From contig CAYXJO010000005.1 in assembly GCA_964465205.1 (NCBI GenBank), positions 4,552 to 68,551 on the forward strand: 64,000 nt of DNA. The letters run 5' to 3'. This DNA is from an uncultured Gammaproteobacteria bacterium (lineage in GTDB: Bacteria; Patescibacteriota; Patescibacteriia; Magasanikbacterales; GWA2-37-8). Positions 1 through 6,725 of the stretch are shown here, in pieces (within the stretch, counting starts at the first letter, position 1; each line of letters opens with the position of its first letter). Below the pieces are notes generated by a model, which was not told the origin of the DNA, did not search any database, and saw only the letters and a list, made by a program, of their open reading frames with translations. A program made the translations under genes and the position numbers.

Positions 1-484
1 TACCACCGAGTGCCTGAACCGCCTCAAAGATAGGAATATAGTCCCGATCATTCACCAAAAACACAATGTTAGTTGCTTTGCCACTGGCGACCAGCATCAA
101 CACATCACAGATTAACTTGCCGTCAAGACCTTTTTCAGAGCGGGCAAAATGATCTCTGTACTGAGGGCTCAATTTTTGCAATTCTTCATCCGGAACGGTT
201 TCTATCGGTTCGCCGCACTCCTTTATTTGCCAATGATTTTTCTTGCCGGGCTCATCTGCTTCCGGCACAACAAGCATCGTTTTTATACGATTGTCATTTT
301 GTTTAAAATAATAGACAATACGAATCGTAGAGCCAACCCAAAGAGACCATTTTCGCATCAGTGCTTCTGTAAGAAGAGATATGTTCAATTTCTTATCATG
401 ATATTCCGTGTGCGTTCTCCTTATTTCATGGATGCTTGAAAATAAATGCGAACCGTCAATTATAAAATATCCTCTGTTATCCAT
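1..484 (-). CDS. NYN (LabA/DUF88, PIN-like) domain nuclease, 3'-truncated by window edge
   Basis: Not in the ORF track; manual translation MDNRGYFIIDGSHLF...SEKGLDGKLICDVL...FLVNDRDYIPIFEAVQALGG shows IDG, EKGxD and DxDY motifs. Confidence 0.8.
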   Translation of the reverse strand, partial: MDNRGYFIIDGSHLFSSIHEIRRTHTEYHDKKLNISLLTEALMRKWSLWVGSTIRIVYYFKQNDNRIKTMLVVPEADEPGKKNHWQIKECGEPIETVPDEELQKLSPQYRDHFARSEKGLDGKLICDVLMLVASGKATNIVFLVNDRDYIPIFEAVQALGG

Positions 485-485
485 A

Positions 486-782
486 TTATCTTTCACCACA
501 AAGAGGGTGGTATTTAGTTCTAATTAACCTTTCAAGTAATAAACGAAAGTTTTGGTCATTGCTTATATAGATATAAAGGCCGGTTTCACCAACTCCATTT
601 CTATACCAACACGTTTTTCGTTCGTGGTTTGGTATTCGAGAATTTATGTCACCCGTTTCTCCAACATCTACAACCTGATTATTATTATTTACTAATACAT
701 AAACACAGCCAAAATTTTGATTAAATTTTTTTGTGTGATAGTATGGTCCGGAAAATTGGAACCCCTCAATTTGAATAGCCAT
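486..782 (-). CDS. Small GIY-YIG-like nuclease
   Basis: GCVYVL...VDVGETGDINSRIPNH and a C-terminal LERLI helix. Confidence 0.65.
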   Translation of the reverse strand: MAIQIEGFQFSGPYYHTKKFNQNFGCVYVLVNNNNQVVDVGETGDINSRIPNHERKTCWYRNGVGETGLYIYISNDQNFRLLLERLIRTKYHPLCGER

Positions 783-790
783 ATTATTTA

Positions 791-1231
791 TTAATCAAAA
801 AATGATATCAAACAGTCATTTTTTATTTTAATATCATGTTCCCAAAATCTGCATACTTTCCAACCATTCCTTTTTAAGAAAGCGGTTGTTTTTATGTCCC
901 TTCGTCTATTGTTTTCAATTTTATTCCGCCAAAAATCATTTTTTAATAAGTGCTTCCATCTTGGATACTGCCAACCGTGCCAAAAATCACTATCTAAAAA
1001 AATACAAATTTTTTGTTTTGAAAAAACTATATCTGGATTCCCTCGCATACCACGAACATGCGTTTGAAACTTTACCTTCGTTTTTTTACGCAATTCCTTA
1101 ATAAAATCAGTTTCAAATTTGGTATTTTTTGAACGAATATGCGACATCAGCGATGATCTCTTTTTTGTCGAAAGTTTATCCGGCCTCCTCTTGGATTTGA
1201 AATTTCTGCCAAGATAATTTTTAATTACCAT
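791..1231 (-). CDS. vsr: Very short patch repair endonuclease
   Basis: RSSLMSHIRSKNTKFE, GNPDIVF, FLDSDFWHG, GWKVCRFWEHD; ATG at 1231 just after the REase stop. Confidence 0.92.
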   Translation of the reverse strand: MVIKNYLGRNFKSKRRPDKLSTKKRSSLMSHIRSKNTKFETDFIKELRKKTKVKFQTHVRGMRGNPDIVFSKQKICIFLDSDFWHGWQYPRWKHLLKNDFWRNKIENNRRRDIKTTAFLKRNGWKVCRFWEHDIKIKNDCLISFFD

Positions 1232-1232
1232 A

Positions 1233-2264
1233 TTATAATCCCAAATGGAACACTTCGGAAGGTAAACAGCCGTCAAAATCATTCTTTTTATCGATCAAAT
1301 CCAACCACTGCTTTAATCTATTGGTGTTCACTTTGTCCACACGCCAATAATAGGCTAACTTTGCCGGATCTAAGGTGTTAATGGTGGATTTTATGTCTCC
1401 AGCGTATTCTTTGAGGTGATGCAAAATTCTTGGCACTGTTATTTTGCGTTTTCCAATTTTTACATTCTGTTGACCGCCGGCCGTGAAAGTATCTCGAATA
1501 TTCGAACTGACGGCGCCGTAGTTCGTGACTAGATACGAAGCCACTCTTTCAAATTTTAACGAGCTGGATCCAAAAATTTCAGGAAATAATATCATGCTCT
1601 CTAAAATAAATTTTGTCTTTTCTTTCTCGCTAAATTTACTAAAAGGTCGAATTATTGGATTCGCAGCGGCATCCGGCTGATCAATCCACCATAGTTCTTC
1701 ACCGTCGGTTAATTGTTTGCGATAATAATCCTTAATTCTTTGAATCGGATTTTCTTCTTTTCTTAGCGTGTCATAATCCACGCCTATCTTATTAAAAATC
1801 GACTGTCCATTCGCCAAATCCATGTTGATTTTGTAGCGAGGTGAGTGTGTCACGCCTACATCGCATAAACAGTCCTGGTATAGTCGGTATTTAATGTCGA
1901 AACCACCACCAAACTTACCGAAAAACATAAAAATTTTTTCGACCCCGTCTACCCGCGTGGTTTCTAAAACACTATTACCGGTTGACATCCACTTATCGTC
2001 TGTGGTCGCCTTAACTTCGGTCCCGAAAAATTTTTTCGCTATTATGTCAGGGAATGTCTGTGGGCCCGTTTGAACAACATCCCCCGCGAAAGCCGTGCCC
2101 TTAGATGCCTTTAACATCATCTGAAAGGTTAGATTTTCAAATTCCACTCCACCCATTTTCTTTATGGAGTTTTGTTGAATGTCCTTGACGCACAAATTTT
2201 TAGTGACTGATAGCAAACTAACAAAATCACTTTCTTTGATTTGGCCATTTTTAACGTAAATCAT
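1233..2264 (-). CDS. Putative type II restriction endonuclease (PD-(D/E)xK)
   Basis: FPDII...GTEVK motif; lies between the C5 MTase and vsr. Confidence 0.75.
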   Translation of the reverse strand: MIYVKNGQIKESDFVSLLSVTKNLCVKDIQQNSIKKMGGVEFENLTFQMMLKASKGTAFAGDVVQTGPQTFPDIIAKKFFGTEVKATTDDKWMSTGNSVLETTRVDGVEKIFMFFGKFGGGFDIKYRLYQDCLCDVGVTHSPRYKINMDLANGQSIFNKIGVDYDTLRKEENPIQRIKDYYRKQLTDGEELWWIDQPDAAANPIIRPFSKFSEKEKTKFILESMILFPEIFGSSSLKFERVASYLVTNYGAVSSNIRDTFTAGGQQNVKIGKRKITVPRILHHLKEYAGDIKSTINTLDPAKLAYYWRVDKVNTNRLKQWLDLIDKKNDFDGCLPSEVFHLGL

Positions 2265-2271
2265 ACTGCGA

Positions 2272-4029
2272 TTATTTTAAATTTTCATCTAAAAATTTTT
2301 CTATGGACGCGGCAACGTGCCAAGCCAAAACTGGCGGCACGGCGTTTCCGATTTGTTTGTAAGCTGCCGAGGTGGAGGGATAAAACACAAAATCATCGGG
2401 AAAAGACTGGATTCGCGCCGCTTCTCTAGCTGACAGTCTTCTTTTACCGTTCCAGTGATACTCTATATTGCCGTGATGTTCAGTGCGCATTGTTGGGCCG
2501 GGTTTATCGGGGGAAACCGTGTTGTTACCTTGTCCATTATTTTTTATCGCTTTGGACCAAAAATGATTAGGAGCGGCGCCCTCTTTCACCTTTTCTAGAT
2601 CACCGATGGCTTGTTTGAGTGGCACCCAATTATCTTTTGTTAGTATGGGATCTGGATGACTAAATGGCGGAAGTTTACTTTTGAGCGTGCCGACAATAAT
2701 AACCCTCTGCCTAATCTGTGGCACGCCGTAGTCGGCGGCGGTAAGTAATTTATATACCACATGGTACCCTAAGGCCGCAAAATCCTTTACAATTGTTTCG
2801 ATGGCCGCGCCGTCGTTCATTGTTAAAAGTCCACGAACATTTTCGGCGACAAAAAGCACCGGTTTCGTTCTTCGGATAACTTCAATCATGCTTTGATACA
2901 AAAGACCACGTTTGCTGTTAAAACCTTTGCGCTTGCCGGCGTGGCTAAAATCCTGACACGGGAATCCACCCAAAACAATGTCAACTTTCGGCGGAATCGG
3001 TTTATCTAACGAGGAAACCTTTTTGTTATCAAGAATTTGTCTAATATCACCACACACGATCGGGTGTTTGAAGTATCTTTGATAAGTAACGCAAGCGTGT
3101 TCGTCAAAATCGTTAGCCCAAACGATTTCAAATTTATTTGCTTTGTATTTTTTGCCCAAAGAATTAAATCCTCCGGTAAAGCCTAGGTCCAACCCGCCGC
3201 AACCGGCGAACAATGACGCAACTGTGTATTTGTTTTGAATATTATTTTTCATAATTAAATTTTCGTAATTTCCATAAATGTTTGCTTGGTGAGTGTCCAC
3301 CAACACATCGAATAATGTTGATAGTTGGCCTTCAGCTAAATACTTGACATTGTTAAAATCCGCGCCGTTTTTCGCCCCCAAAACGCTATGAGCGTTTTTA
3401 TCTCCTATTATTATAAAGTCCAAAACATTAATACCCATTGTTTTGCCGGCGGTGACGATCTCGCTGGCAATTTGTTCATCTTGGACGCTTGGCGTTGGAT
3501 CGCCCGACGGATGATTATGTAACAATATAACGCTGGCCGCTCTAAGTTCCAAAGCGGGCGCGAAAACGTCACGGGGGTGAATTATACTTCGATCTAAAGT
3601 GCCGACCGAAATAATTTCTTTTTTAATCAGCGCGCAACGAGCGTTTAAATATAAACAAATTAAATGCTCTTGTTTTTTATCTCTTAAATCTGACGCCATG
3701 GCGACTGCGTCGCCGGGCGACAATATAATTTTTTCCAAAATATTCTGTTTATCAAAATATCTTTTCGCCAAGGATAGCATGGCTGTTATTTGTAAGGCTT
3801 TAGCCTGGCCAATACCTTTGATTTGTTTGAGGTCGTCAACCGTTGCGTTTAGAAGATTGCCACCAAATTTATTAACAATCTTTTGCGCCAAAACTTTCAC
3901 ATTAACGCCTTTAATTCCATTGCCCAAAACAATCGCTAACAGCTCCGCGTCAATTAAGGCGTCGGGGCCTTTCTCTAAAAATTTTTCTCGAGGCCGTTCA
4001 AATTTAGGAGTATCCTTTATCTTTACCAT
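2272..4029 (-). CDS. RadC (JAB/MPN) domain fused to a DNA cytosine-5 methyltransferase
   Basis: N-half RPREK, HhH GIGQAKA, HPRDVF, HNHPSGD; C-half LFAGCGG, GGFPCQDFS, ENV, RQRV, IGNAVPP. Confidence 0.9.
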   Translation of the reverse strand: MVKIKDTPKFERPREKFLEKGPDALIDAELLAIVLGNGIKGVNVKVLAQKIVNKFGGNLLNATVDDLKQIKGIGQAKALQITAMLSLAKRYFDKQNILEKIILSPGDAVAMASDLRDKKQEHLICLYLNARCALIKKEIISVGTLDRSIIHPRDVFAPALELRAASVILLHNHPSGDPTPSVQDEQIASEIVTAGKTMGINVLDFIIIGDKNAHSVLGAKNGADFNNVKYLAEGQLSTLFDVLVDTHQANIYGNYENLIMKNNIQNKYTVASLFAGCGGLDLGFTGGFNSLGKKYKANKFEIVWANDFDEHACVTYQRYFKHPIVCGDIRQILDNKKVSSLDKPIPPKVDIVLGGFPCQDFSHAGKRKGFNSKRGLLYQSMIEVIRRTKPVLFVAENVRGLLTMNDGAAIETIVKDFAALGYHVVYKLLTAADYGVPQIRQRVIIVGTLKSKLPPFSHPDPILTKDNWVPLKQAIGDLEKVKEGAAPNHFWSKAIKNNGQGNNTVSPDKPGPTMRTEHHGNIEYHWNGKRRLSAREAARIQSFPDDFVFYPSTSAAYKQIGNAVPPVLAWHVAASIEKFLDENLK

Positions 4030-4030
4030 A

Positions 4031-4255
4031 TCATTTGATCAATTCATCAATACTAATTTCCAACCCGGCCGCAATTTTCACGACGGTTTGTATAGATGGC
4101 TTGGTGATAACATTCGATTCAATTTTTGTGAGCGTGGCGTATGGAATATCACATTTCCGCGCCAGTTTATCCTGCGTCAAACCCTGCTTCATGCGCAGTT
4201 TTTGAATCTTATCCCCAACTGTCTCTTGTTTGTTTTTACTTTTTCCACTATCCAT
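4031..4255 (-). CDS. XRE-family HTH regulator (RM controller-like)
   Basis: LRMKQGLTQDKLA...TLTKIES...PSIQTVVKIAAGL; first gene of the RM operon. Confidence 0.85.
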   Translation of the reverse strand: MDSGKSKNKQETVGDKIQKLRMKQGLTQDKLARKCDIPYATLTKIESNVITKPSIQTVVKIAAGLEISIDELIK

Positions 4256-4343
4256 AGTATAATAGTATAATAGTATAGTTAGGAAAGCATATGTCGGTTC
4301 CCAACCGATAATATTCTATCACGATTCGCCAAACCAATCAACA

Positions 4344-4642
4344 AAGAAAAGTTTGCTTTTGGCCAACATAAAGTTCGAGCCGACATTTTTACGGGTTCTT
4401 TGGCGGTTTTTACCCGCCGGAGCCCTCGTTTGTCCGGCGCGGGCGGAAGGAAGGGGTGTGGGGAGGGAATTCCGCCCGCGCGCCCCTAAATTTCGTCCAA
4501 ATCCGTTCGTATTTTTTCGTAAGTGGTGAGCCAGTCAGGACAAGTGGGGTTTTCGGCGATTACGCGCCAGCCCCTTTTGGCCAAACAATCGAATTTTTTG
4601 TCTTGTCCCGCCACGGCGGGACGCCAAAAGCAAACTTTTCTT
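4344..4642. repeat. Structured non-coding region made of reverse complements of the recombinase locus
   Basis: Exact rc pairs 4344-4363/4623-4642, 4364-4389/5992-6017, 4392-4411/4796-4815, 4551-4604/6019-6072; local hairpins 4437-4481 and 4605-4622. Confidence 0.95.
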
Positions 4643-4655
4643 AATCGTTATCAAT

Positions 4656-6131
4656 ATGTTCAAATATTTTCTCTACGCTCGCAAGTCAACAGACGAGGAA
4701 GACCGTCAGGTTTTGTCCATCGAGGCCCAACTCGACGAACTCAAAGAATTTGCCGTTAAAGAAAAACTGGAAATCGTCGCCTCGTTTCACGAGGCAAAAA
4801 CCGCCAAAGAACCCGGCCGTAATATATTCGGCGAAATGTTATCGCGAATTTCCGCCGGCGAAGCCAACGGTATTTTAGCTTGGCATCCTGATCGGCTTGC
4901 CCGCAATCCGATTGACGGTGGGCAAGTGATTTACATGGTTGATACCGGAAAAATAAATTCCCTCAAATTTCCGACCTTTTGGTTCGAAGACACTCCACAG
5001 GGCAAGTTTATGCTTAACATTGCTTTCGGGCAGAGCAAATACTTCATAGATAACCTATCGGAGAATGTAAAGCGCGGGCTACGCCAAAAACTTCGCCGAG
5101 GAGAATGGCCGGGCTGGGCCCCGATAGGTTATCTAAATGATTTACGGACTCACACCATAATCGTGGACAAAGAAAAACATAAACTTGTAAAAAGGATTTT
5201 TGAAATGTACGCGACCAGCAATTATGGTTTAAGGGAACTGGCGGGCATTGCCAATAACTATGGATTGGTAAGCCAAACAAACAAAAAGATGTCGGGCAGT
5301 ATGATCCAGCACATTTTACAAAATCCTTTTTACTGCGGAGTGTTCCGTTTTAACGGCGAACTGCACGAGGCCAAACACGAGCCGATTATTACCAAGAAAC
5401 TTTTTGAAGAAGTAAAAAATGTCCTTTTGCGCCGTGGCCGTCCGCATAAAAAGAAAAAGCACGAATATATTTTCACCGGTTTAATTAAATGCGGGGTTTG
5501 CGGGTGTTATATCACGGCCGAACGGCAAAAAGGACATATCTATTATCGCTGTACCAAAAAGAAAAGCGTTTGCGATGAAAAATATGTCCGCGAGGAAGAC
5601 ATAACCGAACAAATAAAACAATTTCTTCAAAAAGTTTCTTTACCCGACGATTGGGCCGAAAAAATGTTGAATAAAATTGAGCAAGATAAAAATAACGAGG
5701 CCCAATCTAACGGTGCCCTTGTTCAATCGTGCCAAGACGAGGTACAAATAATTGATCAAAAATTAGACAAACTTTTGGACTCTCATTTGGATGGCACGAT
5801 TGAGAAGCAAATCTATATCAAAAAGAAAGAAGTTTTTATTAACAGAAAACTAACTTTAGAGGGTAAGGTCAAAGAATTTTTGAACAAGGGCGCTAATCGG
5901 CTCGAACCGGTGAGGGAATTTATTTTATCCAATATTAAAGCCAAAAAAACCGCCTTGGCGGGCGATTTGGCGGAAATTCGCGAATCATTACAAAATGTCG
6001 GCTCGAACTTTATGTTGAAAGACAAAAAATTCGATTGTTTGGCCAAAAGGGGCTGGCGCGTAATCGCCGAAACGGCCCCACATTCGACGTGGCTCCCAGG
6101 GTCGGATTCGAACCGACGACCAACTCGTTAA
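4656..6131 (+). CDS. Large serine recombinase (resolvase, recombinase and zinc-ribbon domains)
   Basis: YARKS catalytic Ser, DRLARN, CGVCG...YYRC...C zinc ribbon, coiled coil. Confidence 0.95.
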   Translation: MFKYFLYARKSTDEEDRQVLSIEAQLDELKEFAVKEKLEIVASFHEAKTAKEPGRNIFGEMLSRISAGEANGILAWHPDRLARNPIDGGQVIYMVDTGKINSLKFPTFWFEDTPQGKFMLNIAFGQSKYFIDNLSENVKRGLRQKLRRGEWPGWAPIGYLNDLRTHTIIVDKEKHKLVKRIFEMYATSNYGLRELAGIANNYGLVSQTNKKMSGSMIQHILQNPFYCGVFRFNGELHEAKHEPIITKKLFEEVKNVLLRRGRPHKKKKHEYIFTGLIKCGVCGCYITAERQKGHIYYRCTKKKSVCDEKYVREEDITEQIKQFLQKVSLPDDWAEKMLNKIEQDKNNEAQSNGALVQSCQDEVQIIDQKLDKLLDSHLDGTIEKQIYIKKKEVFINRKLTLEGKVKEFLNKGANRLEPVREFILSNIKAKKTALAGDLAEIRESLQNVGSNFMLKDKKFDCLAKRGWRVIAETAPHSTWLPGSDSNRRPTR

Positions 6132-6164
6132 CAGCGAGCTGCGCTACCGCTGCGCTACCTGGGA
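6090..6164 (-). tRNA. tRNA-Asn(GTT) with encoded CCA
   Basis: TCCCAGG/CCTGGGA acceptor stem, CT-GTT-AA loop, GGTTCGAATCC T-arm, G-CCA end. Confidence 0.97.
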
Positions 6165-6176
6165 ATTTGTGAAAAT

Positions 6177-6205
6177 ATTATACTATGAGTATTGTAAACT
6201 GTCAA
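6177..6205 (-). promoter_or_regulatory. Consensus sigma70 promoter of tRNA-Asn
   Basis: TTGACA-17nt-TATAAT. Confidence 0.9.
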
Positions 6206-6395
6206 CAGGGAGTTATTAAAATATATTAAACTGCTAAAGATGTTGTTGTCAAGTTTGTTTATTTTAGTATTTTTTTTGTTTCCATTTTAACGTGAGATAA
6301 AAATGGCTAAGTCTAGCATTAAATAAGCCGCTTTGTCGGATTTATCCACAGATTTATTTGACACTGTTCTAGTGAGTATGTTAACGTTAATGCAT

Positions 6396-6515
6396 ATGAA
6401 TTTGTCCCAGCAAAAAAATAGTAAAAGTTTAATTCAGATTTGGATGTTGATTAGCAACGTCATGTTTTATGCGTTGTTTTTTTGGTGGGGTGAAGATGAT
6501 TTTGTGAAAGCGTAA
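6396..6515 (+). CDS. Putative 39-aa leader or membrane peptide
   Basis: MNLSQQ...MFYALFFWWGEDDFVKA downstream of TTGACA(6358)-18-TAACGT. Confidence 0.4.
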   Translation: MNLSQQKNSKSLIQIWMLISNVMFYALFFWWGEDDFVKA

Positions 6516-6529
6516 TTTTGTAAAGTCAT

Positions 6530-6570
6530 AATCACCCCACCGCAAGTGGGGTGATTTAATTTGTTCTTTA
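6530..6570 (+). terminator. Terminator-like hairpin, possible attenuator
   Basis: AATCACCCCAC-cgcaa-GTGGGGTGATT followed by a T-rich tract. Confidence 0.6.
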
Positions 6571-6725
6571 AATTTAATTTGATCAGTGCTATTGGTGCGA
6601 TTGTTATCACGGAACACCCTTTTTGGATAGAACATGTTTGTCTCCAACAAAGGTGTTCCGTCTAATTGCATGCAATAACCTAGGCGGATCATATCCGGGA
6701 TCAAAAACAAAACAGGAGTACGTAC

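Larger units (their letters stand above)
1..6095. mobile_element. Right part of a defence island integrated at the 3' end of tRNA-Asn; other end lies outside the window
   Basis: Serine recombinase abuts and overlaps the tRNA CCA end; cargo is RM and nuclease genes. Confidence 0.8.

Noticed and set aside
73-439. Plus-strand ORFs of 77 and 96 aa
   Set aside because: Shadows of the minus-strand NYN gene, which has clear motifs
4344-4411. CRISPR-like array of self-targeting spacers
   Set aside because: The blocks abut with no repeats between them; no CRISPR array or cas gene was seen in the window
4344-4642. MITE with 20-bp terminal inverted repeats
   Set aside because: No target-site duplication, and the interior is complementary to the recombinase gene, so it is better explained as part of the folded locus
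4456-4759. ORFs of 62 and 78 aa upstream of the recombinase
   Set aside because: They overlap the inverted-repeat region and have no protein-like features
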